Origin: Octopus sinensis
Lineage: Eukaryota
Length of the DNA stretch: 64,000 nucleotides
Direction: 5' to 3'
NCBI RefSeq assembly: GCF_006345805.1
Contig: NC_043013.1
Location: 41,478,001-41,542,000 of the forward strand
In this document: positions 38,357-51,306 of the stretch, piece by piece
Numbering within the stretch: position 1 is the first letter of the stretch
Layout: the number at the start of each line of letters is the position of its first letter
Translations under genes and position numbers: made by a program
Notes under the pieces: generated by a model
What the model was told of the DNA's origin: nothing
The model's database searches: none
What the model saw: the letters and a program-made list of their open reading frames with translations, nothing else

Positions 38357-39386
38357 ATATCTTGGTGGCCTGCATCATACACCTTGTATGGATATTTACT
38401 ACTTCCGAGGTTCCGCACACTCTGAAACATATGCATCCTGGATCGTATCTACTCCATTCCTTAACTGTTCTATTCTTACCTGCAAACTCGGCGACCCTCG
38501 TTGCAAACCGTGAAATATTAAAAACATCCACAACCTTCCGCCCCAATAAATCATTATTGCTTCTGAAAGTTGTTTTTTATACTTACTATGGATTGCTTGA
38601 AGCTATTTTCTTCCAACACCTCGATCCTTGCATCTTATATTCATATACATACATATATACATATATAATAATATTATAATATAATATAATATTAAATGCG
38701 AAAGCTAAATTCTGTGTGTCAGTGTATCACACCTCGACGCCCTCCCTCACTATTCATTGACTCTCCTACTATTGCTCATGTTGGGGTGAGAGTAATAGTA
38801 AGCATAGAGACGGTAGTACATTGACACTTGTGATGGTAATGGGGTGATAGTAATACTATGAGCTGTAGTTGTGATAGAGTCGGAGACGACAGTGATGGTG
38901 GTGGTAGTGGTCGTGGTCGTGGCGGCGGCGGTGGCATTGGTGGTGGTGGTGGTGGTGGTGGTAGTAAGCGAAAGACAGTGGTGATGGTGGTGGAGGGAAA
39001 GGCCGCGAAATCAAAGGTGGTGGCGTCAGAAGTGTGAATGGTGTGTGTATGGTAGTTGTGGTGGCGATGGTTGTGGTGGTGGTAGTGATGGTACTGGCGA
39101 TGGTGGTGGTTGAAAACAATCAGCACAAATAGCAAGGGAAAGAAAAAAGTTGTACTGACCCCTGAATGGGAAGACAGAGAATGTTGTTTATCATGCAGTT
39201 TAGCAATAAGTTTCAAGTCGACAAATTTTATCATTGTTTTGATGGAAATTGTTCATTGCTTGATAAACATTGGTCAAGTTTAATAAAATTTAATATGTAC
39301 TCAATGCATGAAGCGTCATTTTTCGGTCCAAGGCCCAATGAAGAGCCCTCCTCAGGAGCTAGCTTAAAAACTGCCGAATAGGGCGG

Positions 39387-39428
<42 letters not shown>

Positions 39429-39530
39429 TGGTAGGAGGAAGGAAGGGAGGAGGGAAAAGAGGAGGAGAAAGAGGCGAAGAAGAAGAAGAAGAAGAAGAAG
39501 AAGAAGAAGAAGAAGAAGAAGAAGAAGAAA

Positions 39531-39561
<31 letters not shown>

Positions 39562-39599
39562 AAGAAGAATTGACATCAGTTGTTTCACATTTCTGCTTG

Positions 39600-40116
39600 T
39601 ATTGGTCATTGGTCATGCTAGAGAACCGGCCTTGAAAAGGTTTAATCGAACACCAATACTTGGCTTAAGTGCGGCATTTATCCTATCAGTCTCTTTTGCC
39701 GAACTGCTAGGTTATGGGGGCATAAACAAACCAAAACCTCTTACCGAGGCGGACAAACACAGACACACACATACATGCATGCACGCAAACCCACAGACAG
39801 ACACACACACATACATACACAGATGGTGAGTCAAGAAAATCAACCGAACGGAGGTCACACAAATTCCTAATATTCTAGCTTTGTCCTATGTCTACACATG
39901 ATGAAGGTATCAGTGTTAAGGCATTAATCAGATAGCTAAACTCTTATGCATTTTAGTAGAACAATATATTTCTTTAATACCCACAAGGGAGCTAAACGCA
40001 GAGGGGACAAACAAGGACAGACAAAGGGAGTAAGTCGATTACATCGACCCCAGTGCGTAACTGGTACTTAATTTATCGACCTCGAAAGGATTAAAGGCAA
40101 AGTCGATCTCGGCGGA
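39600..40116 (-). mobile_element. SINE C tail (39600-39775) and SINE B partial (39967-40116)
   Basis: TCTCTTTTGCCGAACTGCTAGGTTATGGGG; CCCACAAGGG...GGCAAAGTCGATCTCGGCGGAA. Confidence 0.8.
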
Positions 40117-40599
40117 AGACAAAACAGAAGTACTGACACAGCTCTAAATTGCAAATGGCAGGCGCCATTCAGATGACATCGCTTCAGTTTATTAAGCAAA
40201 CATGTCTTCACCAGAATCAAATCCAAAGTTTAAAGGGCAGTCTTCTTATCCAGTCTTTTGTAAGGTTGGGAAATCTAGAGATTATAAATAGTCAAATGAA
40301 GAAACTTAATGCTTCTTCGGGATGAAAACATTTAACTTTGGGGCAGCCATTTTGGTTAAAAATCCAGTTATTGAGAGGATGGCTAGTAGAGCCCGTACTG
40401 AGAACGTGACTGGTTGCGACGAGTTACTCAACCACGTTGATGATAGATTTATCGGTCTCTTTGCCAAACCGTTGTAGCTATGGGTTTATCTGTTTCTTTT
40501 TTCTCTTTTCTGATTTTAGAATAACATTCAAAAGTGGAGAGAGAGGGAAGTCACCGAGAAAGTCACGGCCAGTGACGAAAGAAATTTGACTAATAAATA

Positions 40600-40983
40600 A
40601 GCGCAGGTGTGACTCTGTGGTAAGAAGCTTGCTTCCCAACCACATCGTTCCGGGTTCAGACCCACTGCGTGGCACCTTGGGCAAGTATTTTCTACTATAG
40701 CCTCGGGTCAACCAAAGCCTTGTGAGTCGATTTGGTAGACGGAAACTAAAAGAAGCCCGTTGTATATACACATGTAGCTGTTTGTATGTCTGTGTTTGTC
40801 CCCCACCATCGCTTGATAACCGATGTTTGTGTGTTTATGAAACTTAGTGGTTCGGCAACAAAGTCCAATAGAATAAGTACTAGGCTTCCGAAGAAGAAGT
40901 CCTGGGGTCGATTTGCTCGACTAAAGGTGATGCTGCAGCATGGTCGCCGTCAAATGACTGAAACAAGTAAAAGAATAAAAGAA
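40600..40983 (+). mobile_element. SINE family C, full length
   Basis: GCGCAGGTGTGACTCTGTGGTAAGAAGC head to AAGTAAAAGAATAAAAGA tail. Confidence 0.9.
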
Positions 40984-41094
40984 TAACAAACAATAGATTT
41001 ACTGTTTAACCAACACATTAAATAACATTAGCTGGTTAGATATTTAACCAGCTTACTAAAAATAAAGAAGTGATATTGAATCAGTGCGTGTGTT

Positions 41095-41497
41095 ATTATT
41101 ATTATTGTTATTATTATTATCATCATTATCATTATTATCATTGCCTTTGCACATCTTCTGACGCTGGAGATTTACTACAGTGTCAGATGTCACTACCAGT
41201 GAACTAAGATAACACCTACTATTTTTCAAGCACCTTCCGAAATATTCGAGCGGTTCCAAGTAGTGCTGTTTTCTGCCAGTGCTCCACCGTTATTGCAGCC
41301 CCTATTTGTTCCACGTTCTTCTCGAGATGTTTGCTCATTATTCCCAGGGATCCGACACTTATTGGTACTACTGCTACCTTTTTCATCGACCACAACTGCT
41401 TAATTTCCCATGCTAACCTGTCATATCTCCCAACATTTCTTTCTTCCTTATCGCATACCTTGTTGTCAGCTGGACATGCTATATCTATGATCCAGTA
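41095..41497 (-). mobile_element. 5'-truncated RLE-type non-LTR retrotransposon (R4/Dong-like) 3' end in (TAA)n
   Basis: Minus-strand frame 41497-41219 reads YWIIDIACPADNKVCDKEERNVGRYDRLAWEIKQLWSMKKVAVVPISVGSLG...QKTALLGTARIFRKVLEK*, the C-terminus of a restriction-like endonuclease domain. A 3' UTR and (AAT)n tail follow. Confidence 0.85.
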
Positions 41498-41522
41498 TAT
41501 TATTATTATTATTATTATTATT

Positions 41523-41980
41523 GAGTGAGAGAGCAGTTCATGCCATCAAAGTGACACTGGGGTCAAATATACGAAGCCCAATATACCCATCATGACTACC
41601 CATCTGATAAAGGTACACCAGGCACATGCATCACAACCATATGTGCGCGACATGGTGATCTCATATCAAGATAAACAGCACATGACCTTGCAAGTGGGGC
41701 CCAGTTAGAATTTTCTTCAGGTTGAGTAGCCCATCCCGCTCAAAAGGTCCCTGAATAAGGGTTGTTTAAGGATGTTGAAAGAACCACCCATGTTTCCAGA
41801 GGTGAATTATCAAACCCCAAAGAATCCCTCTCAGCACATGGCTATGATGCTCCCCCACTACTTCTGCTCATGATCAGAGATGCACATATCGTCAGCCACT
41901 AAGGGACATGCTCAACTGGTTAAGGTCAAACAACTGACAAGTAAATCTGTGGTATTGAGCAGAATATTTGGTGTAGCCCT
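41523..41980 (-). mobile_element. ~460-bp non-coding interspersed-repeat-like segment bounded by (TAA)n on both sides
   Basis: Higher-GC segment between (ATT)n tracts at 41498-41522 and 41981-42002; no ORF in the track. Confidence 0.6.
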
Positions 41981-42836
41981 ATTATTTATTATTATTATTA
42001 TTAGCGTAATGACCCTCCCAAGAGAATACAAGTCTCAAATGTGGATGCGTATAAAATGAGAAACGTCGAGCAACGAAAAGCTTAGACCCATTGGTTTCGA
42101 TACTTACCGCTTATTTAGTGCACCATGAATCGAAAAATGTTGAAAGTTACTCTCGTTTTGTCGTTTCAAATTTCACAAACTATAAATTTTGTGTGCATAG
42201 TTTGTTTCAGACTATATAAATTTTTACAGACAGAACTAAAGTGTCTAATGTGTGTATATATTATTGTCAAAGATCACTGTGAAAGGAAATGAAATACTGA
42301 TAAACATATCAATCCCAAAAGACTACACAATCTATCTCCATAAGAATTGTAGATATTTGTCCAAATACAAAGAACTAAAAATGCGGAGAAATCAATAGCA
42401 GCAGACAACCAAATCAACAACAAAAACAACAAAAGCAACAGCAACAGCAACAACACCAACAATTGCATAGCTAATAAAACTAAAGGAATTGTCCCAATAA
42501 AAAGATCTGCAAATAAGAGATATCCTCTGCGTAGAGAAGGAAAACAAAACAAAACAAAAAAAAAAGAAAAACAATTGCGTTTAATAGTTTGATGTAGTAG
42601 GAAAGATAAAAAGAAAACAAAATAAACAGAAGCAATTATATACTCAAGATCCCAGGACTAACACACACGCACACACACACACACACACACATACGCATAC
42701 TGATATTATATATATGTATATATTTATATACATATATATATATAATATATATATATATATCATATATATATCATATATATATTATATATATATACATATT
42801 ATATATATATATCATATATATATATTGTATATATAC

Positions 42837-42911
<75 letters not shown>

Positions 42912-42981
42912 ATATATAATATATATATACATACATATATATATATATTATATCTGTATATATTATATGTATGATATATAT

Positions 42982-43038
<57 letters not shown>

Positions 43039-43280
43039 TACATATATGTATCATATATGTATATATTATATATTATATAGATATATGTATGTGTGTATAT
43101 ATATATACGCTGAGCATAAAAAAAACTTGGCGCTATTGGGGGTCTGCACACACGTATTACACAGGATATTAAAAGTGCAATTAAAACTGGCAAATGTGTG
43201 TGTGTGAGTGTACGTACGTCCGAGAACAGAATCTATTGTATTATATTCAGTCCTTCGTTGCGTACATTTCAACAATGCAT

Positions 43281-43333
<53 letters not shown>

Positions 43334-43394
43334 ATTTAGTGAGCATAAATATGAACACAAATAAAAGTGATTTTGTAATAATGCTTTCAAAATT

Positions 43395-43595
43395 TTCGCA
43401 CAAGGCCAGTAACATTATGGAAAGATTTAAGTCGTTTACATCGACTACATTGTTCGACTAGTACTTATTTTATAGACACCGAAAGGATAAAAGGCTGAAT
43501 GGGCTTCGACAGCGCTTGAAATCAGAACCTGAAGGCAGAAGAACTACCGTCTGGCACTTTGCCCGGCACGTAATGATTCTCCCAGCTAACCACTT
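43395..43595 (-). mobile_element. SINE family B, decayed
   Basis: CACAAGGCCAG tail; CCGAAAGGATAAAAGGC core. Confidence 0.7.
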
Positions 43596-43664
43596 TCAGT
43601 GCTTCTGTAATAACACAGCGTATCCTTGTACATCTCTTCATATAATATTTAATCGACCTAACCA

Positions 43665-43778
43665 CTCCATGTGGATCGTAGCAGAATGTAGACTCATCAA
43701 TCTCAAATACACGGCTACTGTATCAGGCCGAGACCTTCGTACTGCAGTGGACTCAATATACGCAATCCACCTTTTCAA
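43665..43778 (+). mobile_element. RTE-like LINE 3' terminus
   Basis: GAGACCTTCGTACTGCAGTGGACT = ETFVLQWT; homologous to 47640-47808. Confidence 0.55.
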
Positions 43779-43807
43779 TATGTATAAAAAAAATAAATAC
43801 GCCTTTT

Positions 43808-44046
43808 TTTAAAGCCTTGCCAGGACATGGGACCGGTTTCCCGGTTTCTATGGCGTATGTGTTCCCCAGCTGGACGAGACGCCAGTCCATCGCAGCGTTA
43901 CTCATTTTTGCCTGCTGAGTGGACTGGAGCAACGTGAAATGAAGTGTTTTGCTCAAGAACACAACGCGTCGCCCGGTCCAGGAATCGAAACCACAATTTT
44001 ACAATTATCGTGCTGATACCCTGACCACTAAGCCACGTGCCTCCAC
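43808..44046 (-). mobile_element. tRNA-SINE family D with V-SINE-like domain
   Basis: Reverse complement: GTGGAGGCACGTGGCTTAGTGG head, GTGTTCTTGAGCAAAACAC, then GCTGCGATGGACTGGCGTCTCGTCCAG resembling the V domain. Confidence 0.75.
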
Positions 44047-44061
44047 AGAGAGAGGAGAGGA

Positions 44062-44341
44062 GAGGAGAAGGATTGCACGTCCGGGCAAGGTTGTTTTTGG
44101 AAGGCTAGCAGTCGCCCATGCATACCAGCCTCTCAGCCTTACACCACTGATGCTAACCCAGGGAAAGTCAAAGGCCGACACAGCTTGGCACCAGTGATGT
44201 CGCAACTCACTTCTACAGCTGAGTGAACTGGAGCAATGTGAAATAAAGTGTCTTGCTCAAGAACACAACATACAGTCCGCTCCGAGAATCGAACTCATAA
44301 CTTCACGATCGTAAGCTCGACGCTCTAACCACTGAGCCATG
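44062..44341 (-). mobile_element. tRNA-SINE family E (shares body with D, different tail)
   Basis: Reverse complement: ATGGCTCAGTGGTTAGAGCG...GAGTTCGATTCTC...GTGTTCTTGAGCAAGACAC...CTCCAGTTCACTCAGC. Confidence 0.75.
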
Positions 44342-44859
44342 ATTATATATTCATATAATCAAAGATGCAGAAACAGCGTACTCTGAAGGAATTTAAAGGT
44401 AACCTAAACCAAGTTTAGAGTACGAAAATCCATGAAATAGGTACTCCCAAACAGCCGGAAGAGCGTAGATGATCGGTGTGAGTTTGCGATAAATAGTCAT
44501 TTCAAATAAATGAATAATAAAATTAACAGGCAAGAAGGCGTGCACAAGGAATGCCTTAGCTTGACGCTCCGTAAAAGAGAGAGCATTTGACGTTTCGAGC
44601 ATAGCGCTCTTCGGAAAGGGGAAATGGAAAAATAAAAAAAAAGAAAGAAATAATCACTAACAGCACATGTGTAGTTATATTGCTGAAGTAACGGAAGGTT
44701 GTGAGTCCAACACCCTAACCATGTACCTTCACATCATCATAGACTATTATAAGTGGACTAGAAAACTGTCTTGGTGTCATCCCAGATGAATTTAAGTTGA
44801 AGCAGCCTTAACTGGACCGATTAATATGTCATAAGCAAACCAATTTTTTTTTCTGATTT

Positions 44860-45452
44860 TGGCATAAGGCCAGTAAATTTAAGGGGAGGGGAAAGCCGAT
44901 GACATCGGCCCCAGTGCTGAACTGGTATTTATTTTATCCACTCAGAAAGAGGAAAATACAAAATTGTCCTTGGCCGTATTTGAAACCAGAACGTGAAGAG
45001 CCGGAAGAAAATTTGCTAAGTATTTGGTCCGGCGTGGTAACGATTCTTATTTCTTATTTCTTTAATACCCACAAGGGGCTACACACAGAGGGGACAAACT
45101 TATTTAACCGACCCCGAAAGGATGAAATGTAAAGTCGACCTCGGCGGAATTTGAACTCAGAACGTAGCGGCAGACGAAATACCTATTTCTTTACGTAGCA
45201 TCAAAAACAGACGAAACACCGCTAAGCATTTCTCCCGGTGTGGTAACGATTCTGCTAACTCGCTGCCTTAGACAAACCAGTAATGTTTTTTAATATAAGC
45301 TAAAGGCCTGAAATTTTGGGAGTGGGAAAAGTCGATTACATCGCCCCCAAGTGCTCAGATGGTACTAATTTCAACTCGTAATGCAACAAGCCCTAAGAAA
45401 TACTGTTACGCATTTTATCCGACGAGGTAACGACTCTGCCAGCTCGCCGCCA
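44860..45452 (-). mobile_element. Cluster of three SINE B copies or fragments
   Basis: Cores at ~44930-44990 and 45110-45185; heads at ~45265 and 45452. Confidence 0.8.
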
Positions 45453-46107
45453 TAGACAAAGCAAACAGTGAAAGATAATGTAAGCACGGTAATGTGTTTA
45501 ACTTTTTGTGAGCACTGTTTGCAACAGTTTTGATTTCCGTTTCATGTTGCTAACGACCAAGGAAAAGGATAAAATTCGTAGTCATAAACTTTCAGTTACC
45601 TTCAAATAAAACTCCGCTGATCTATGTATATCACTAAGATTAATAGCTCTTAATACTACAGCACGAAAACCAGACTTCCAATTAAATATACCCCACGATG
45701 ATCCAATGCCAAAAAAAAAGCAAAATAAAACCAACAATCAAAAACAAAACAGAATATTAATTATACTTATGTACTAATTACACTAATGTACCGGAAACTT
45801 AAATAAAACACGTTGCACTCGATCAAAAATCCTGTTCGAAGTATCGATAGAGATCAGAACGGATATGAAAAGCCAAAAGCCTTATATATGTAACTTGCAT
45901 CAGTGATAATCTGTAAATATGGCCACTTAATCTTGTTTGTTAAGAACACATCAAACAAATGATTGATTCATTGCAGCAAACTGGCTGACAATTTTAAGAT
46001 GGTATCTACAAACAGTAATAAATAATATTATGATAAATCTATCAGACGTTTGGTGTTCGTGTAGGAGGAGAACTGCATTATGGAAGGCTGGCGTTGTATT
46101 TATGCAT

Positions 46108-46460
46108 AAAGGCGCAGGCACGGCTGTGCGGTAAAGCGGCACCCCTTTCCAGCCACCTGGTTTCGGGTTCAGTACTACCGCGTGAAACGTTGAGCAAGTA
46201 CCTTCTATTATAATCCCGGGCCGACCAAAGACTTTTAAGTGAATTTGATAGGCGGAAACTGTGAGAAAGCCTGTCGTATATGTGTGTATGTGCGTGTGTT
46301 TGTGTCTGTGTTTGTGTTTGTGTATGTGTGTTTGTGTTTGTGTCTGTTTGTGTCTGTTTGTGTTTATTCCACTTCTATTCCTTGCCAACCAGTGTTGGTT
46401 TGTTTACATCTTCGTGGCTTAGCAGTTTGGAAAAAGGGACCGGCAAAATAAGTACCACAT
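46108..46460 (+). mobile_element. SINE family C, 3'-truncated
   Basis: AGGCGCAGGCACGGCTGTGCGGTAAAG head. Confidence 0.8.
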
Positions 46461-47217
46461 TAAAAAAAATATTGATGGTACTATATTGAAATAAGTACAA
46501 TCAATATAGCAAGAGTTTTTAATGGTAATCAAAATAACTCTGCTGTCTTTTAAAAACGGACACATTATCTCATGTATTCCGGGATATACCATCCCTATAA
46601 ATAAGCCCGATTAGCCATGCCTACAATACCTTTCATCATGAGTCGCAATACCCAACCGTAATTTACGTTCCGCATAATATGAATCACAAATTCAAAAGAC
46701 TACTCAATACACGAAGTGTAATGTAAGCAAGAAAAATACCTCTTAATAACTGCATAATTAAACATAATCCTGATAAAGAACCAAAATTCCATCAAACAAG
46801 CAAATTAACAAGTGACGGCAAATCAATCAATGTCCCATTTACAATTTGCAAAGCAGGACGAGTTTGACTTAATAAATTAAGCGTATTTATATTTTAAAAA
46901 CCCGTAATGGCCCTTCACAATAATAACAAATATTAATAACCCTTACTAAAATTAATAATAGTAATACCTTTACGGAGTCAAGAAAATAAAGAACAAGCCC
47001 CGGATGGTAGGTCGGTCGAAATGCTTCGTAATATTTATTCCATCTGTTTTCGTTCTGGATTCTTGTCTGGTACAAATTCGTCAGTCCCCTGGCTTGCCTT
47101 CATCTGGTCAAACACAAGACATTACTGGTCGAGTCCCTGGACTCACAGGGTCAGTTACTTGGTTTTCATGGCGCATAAATTATTGAAATCATAACATTTC
47201 CATCGAGGGTCACACGT

Positions 47218-47341
47218 TTACAGCTGAATGGACAAGAGGAACTTGCTCAAGAACACAACGAATCACTCGGTCAAGGAATCGAAACCGCGATATTCCGATC
47301 GAGAATGCAACGTCTCTAACCACCAGGCTGTGCAACTCCAC
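47218..47341 (-). mobile_element. SINE family D/E head and body fragment
   Basis: TTGCTCAAGAACACAACG...GGAATCGAAACC...CTAACCACCAGGCTGTGCAACTCCAC. Confidence 0.7.
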
Positions 47342-47639
47342 TTAATAAACATATAAGTAGTCATAAAAGATACAAACGTTCTTGTTTTTTTTCTTTTCCA
47401 AGAAACGTGAGGCCTCCGGTGGAATGAGATGGGTTTAATTTTATATTGCTGGTGAATTTCAATTTAACGCTCCGACAATTCGCCAACTTAGACCAATTCC
47501 AACGAAACAAAATGTGAGTTACTACTTCACTACGGATCAATCCGCTTCGCTGAAGAATGTGCATTTGCAGGAAACTGCAGATATCATTGTCCAAAAGATA
47601 TGTTTATGATACGTAAGAATTTTATATGCATGTAATCGA

Positions 47640-47808
47640 CTTTTCTAAGCCATGTTGCGTCAGTATGGCACAAGTACGCTCATCAAACCAGTACGATCTC
47701 TTGCTCGGATTCACGGTTTCCACACTGGACCGTGGCTGCAGAGACCATTCTGAGGCCTTCTACCTGCAGTGGACTTAACATTGGCGATGCAATCCAATCC
47801 AATATGTA
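47640..47808 (+). mobile_element. RTE-like LINE 3' terminus with (CCAAT)n tail
   Basis: GAGGCCTTCTACCTGCAGTGGACTTAA = EAFYLQWT*, followed by CAATCCAATCCAAT. Confidence 0.6.
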
Positions 47809-48244
47809 TATTTTTACATACATGTTGAATTTATAAATTGCATATGCATCAGATTATCGTATATTACACACCACAAAAAAGCATACAGAGATATTGAACA
47901 CTCTACGTCTCTGGAACAGATCAGAATATATCAATGTGTATTTATTTCCAAATAATGTATCATAAATTCCACTTCAAACACTTGTATTACACATCACTGT
48001 AGAATGGGTGCAATTTCAGTTTTATTGTCCCTTTCTTTTGTTAGAAGATAGATTTCAACCTAACATACTAGTGTCTGGGTCACCTTGGCCATTGCAACAG
48101 AGCAAAATCAGGTTTGTCTTTTCACTGCAGACTTCATATCTCACAGACGAGTGCAAGCTTGCTTGAAACATAAGATTTCATTATCAGAGAAGTAATATTT
48201 ATGTTTATATTATCATTTTATATATGTATAGTTTTACACGTTTG

Positions 48245-48642
48245 TTCTTTTATTCTTTTACTTGCCTCAATCATTTGACTGCGGCCATGCTGGAGCACCG
48301 CCTTTAGTCGAACAAATCGACGCCAGGACTTATTCTTTGTAAACCTAGTACTAATTTTATCTCTCACTTTTGAGGAACCGCTAGGTTACGGTCACGTAAA
48401 CGCGCCAACATCGGTTGTCAAGAGATGGTGGGGGACGAAACAAATACAGAAACATATAAATATATAAATATATATACGACGGGCTTCTTTCAGTTTCCGT
48501 CTACCAAATCCACTCACAAAGCTTTGGTCGGACCGAGGTTATAGTAGAATACACTTAGCCAAGGTGCCTCAGAGTGGGACTGAACCCGGAAACATGTGAT
48601 GGGGAAGCAAGCTACTTACCACACAGCCACTCCTGCACCTAT
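48245..48642 (-). mobile_element. SINE family C, full length
   Basis: Same family sequence on the minus strand. Confidence 0.9.
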
Positions 48643-48888
48643 ACTGAACTTTCATTTTTGTATATAGTAGCGACAGATGCTGTATTAATACGGATAAGTA
48701 AATGGTTGTTGTGTTAGAAAAAATCTTTACTGGTGTAGATACCACGAAAAAAACTCTCATATAGGTTTTTGGTGAAAAATGCATGCTTGTCTACATCGCT
48801 AGCGGGGAGGTAAATACCTACCAACTCCAGCGCCAACACCACTAAATCACGTATGTATGTATTTATATGTATGTATATATACATGTTT

Positions 48889-48942
<54 letters not shown>

Positions 48943-49013
48943 GTATGTATGCATGTGTATGTATGTATGTATGTATGTATGTATGTATGTATGTATGTAT
49001 GTATGTATGTATA

Positions 49014-50436
49014 CACCGAGAAACATGATCATAGCTTAGGAGTGAAATTTAGGATTTCTCGGTTTACTGTGAATCCATTTTGATAAAACTCTTCCCGGTT
49101 GGTTTGCACACTATGGCATCACCATTGTTATATTTTCATTATTCGGTGTAACGTCCTTTCTCTTTTATCTCAGATTCTTCAGTTTTTGGTGATCCACGCT
49201 AATAACGTCTCTCATCTCTAAGAACAATGGGACGTGAAAAAGGCCTTAACGACGAAGAAAAGTCATCAAGGAAAGTGCTAAAGACACTTCTCTTTATGTC
49301 ATTACAGAGAAGTTAGACGATTCCAGGAGGACCCCTTATCAAGAAAGAAATGATCTGATTGTGAAACCTTCGAGTCTGTGACAACTAGAGATTTAAGGAA
49401 TATTGGCTGCAAATTACGTGGGAAACCTGGACAAACAAGCAAAGCTATTTTCACCACCTCTGGACTTCTTCATGTTCCGAAAACCACCAGAATTTGCATC
49501 CTCGGGACCATGGCTTCCGTGCGAGAACCCCTTAAACTGCCTCCTTCAATGCCCCGTCACAGGAGTTTGAGGCTTCAATGGGCCCAAAAGTACATAACAT
49601 TAGACATGAATTGTGCTTTGTTCACTGAAACCAGGGCGACCCTTGACGGACCTGACGAGTGAGCAAATGGCTCGGTCTATTTTGGTGATGACCATCCGCA
49701 ACGTTTTCGGCATCAACAACAGGGTGGAAGAGTCATGTTGTGGGCTGGTGTCATTGGGGACAAACATGTTGGCCTTGTCAGGGTGGCTGAATAGGGTTAA
49801 AGTGACCTAATACGAACTCTTACAGAAGGTCTTAGATCCCTGGCTAGATGACGTGCCGCTATCACTTACTTCTAAGGAATCTCGTATTCTTGCATGACAA
49901 CGCTCCCTCCCACTCTGCTAGGACCACCCAAACATTCCTAGGGTCTTACGGCAAACAAGCTGAAAGGTTGATGGTGTGGCCGCCAGCGTCTCTGGATCTC
50001 AACACTATCGAAAGTCTTTGGTCCATCATTAAACAAGATGTTTATACCGATGGACGCCAATTTACATCGAAATATGACTTATGCCAACCATCAAAACTGC
50101 AACAGAAGCAGTCCTGGCTGCCACTATTAAGAAATTGACAGATTCTATGACTAATGGGGTTTTTGAAGTTATCCGTCGAAATGGCGCTTGTGTTGCAAAA
50201 TAATTCATTATATCAATAAATGTTATAATGTTATTGTGTTTTTTTAATACATACTTAATGTAGGTTTAATATATATCATTATCCTTCAATTTCTGGAAAA
50301 ATTGTCTAGACGGGCTATTTTCATTCAAAAGCTATTAGCGTGGTTTACCCAAAAACTGAAGAATCTGAAATAAAAATGAAAGGACGTTACACCGAATAAT
50401 GAAAACATAACAATTGTGATGCTATTGTGTGCAACA
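49014..50436 (+). mobile_element. Tc1-like transposon with long TIRs and pseudogenised DD37E-spaced transposase
   Basis: FT(D)ETRATLDGPD, RQQGGRVMLWAG, LHDNAPSH and WPPASLDLNTIESLW (37 aa between D and E). The ~100-bp arm at 49117-49210 is inverted at 50330-50425. Confidence 0.85.
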
Positions 50437-50437
50437 C

Positions 50438-51306
50438 CAAGGTGCGGTGAATAAACTGTCGTCTGAATTACACAAAAATGAAAATAACACTAACATCTCA
50501 TTTTAACAGATACATTTACCAAATTTACATTAAAATATCTTGAATTACTAAAGAGTGAATTAATTCAATAAAACCACTATTGGCTTCAACAACGGCCTCC
50601 AAACGACTTCAGAATCTCCTGCAACTCTTTTGGACAGTCTCCTTGTTTAGGTTGGTGAATTCTGCCCTAATCCTTGCCTTCAGTTCATATTTGGTGTTAG
50701 AAGGAGTTTTGTTGGTCTCTCGCTCAACTGCGCCCCATACATAATAATCAAGTGGGGTTGCAGTCTGGGGAGTTAGGTGGCCAGATGTTAGGGGAAATTG
50801 CCTGATAGCCATGACTGGATTCTCTTGCTTGTGTGGCATAGGGTCTTCCAGGCATAGGGTTTTCCAGACATAGGGTCTTCCAGCAGCCACCCTCTTGACC
50901 CAGGGCAGCACCACCTCTTCCAGGCAATTGATGTAAACCTCCGTGCTGTGTCTGAGAACGTGTGGGAAGATAAGTTGAGGCATAACGTTACCATCGACCG
51001 TGATTAATCCAAGCACCATGATGTTGACTGGATGTTTGATTCTCATCATTCTCGGTACATGTCCTCAGATTGACACCCAAACACTCAGAAATGTTTGTAT
51101 TGGATCTTCCGGCGCAAATGCCAAACAGTACAGCATGTCGTTTCCAAATTTCTGCCGGAGAGCATTGCGTCATGGTGCAGTTTTTCTCACATGCGGTGCC
51201 CAACTGACGCTACCATACTGTGTAGTCGATAAAATGAAGAACAAACAATGCGCATGCACGAAATAAAAAATATATAAAATGGTGACAATTTACCCATCGC
51301 GCACTG
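50438..51306 (-). mobile_element. Internally deleted DD37D (maT)-type element, copy 2
   Basis: ORF 50609-51049 reads KHPVNIMVLG...PLDYYVWG. The end TA|CAGTGCGCGATGGGTAAATTGTCACC is present. Homologous to 20962-21844. Confidence 0.85.

Noticed and set aside
38480-38562. Candidate minus-strand exon with a strong CAG|GTAAGA donor
   Set aside because: Weak acceptor, no recognisable peptide in either open frame, and no supporting exons; needs RNA-seq.
38640-39390. Possible non-autonomous Helitron (ATTAAATGCGAAAG start, GCCG...CGGC hairpin)
   Set aside because: No convincing A|TC start and no hairpin-CTAG|T end in the correct order.
47545-47590. CTGAAGA...GAAACTGCAG hammerhead-like match
   Set aside because: No valid NUH triplet or helix I.
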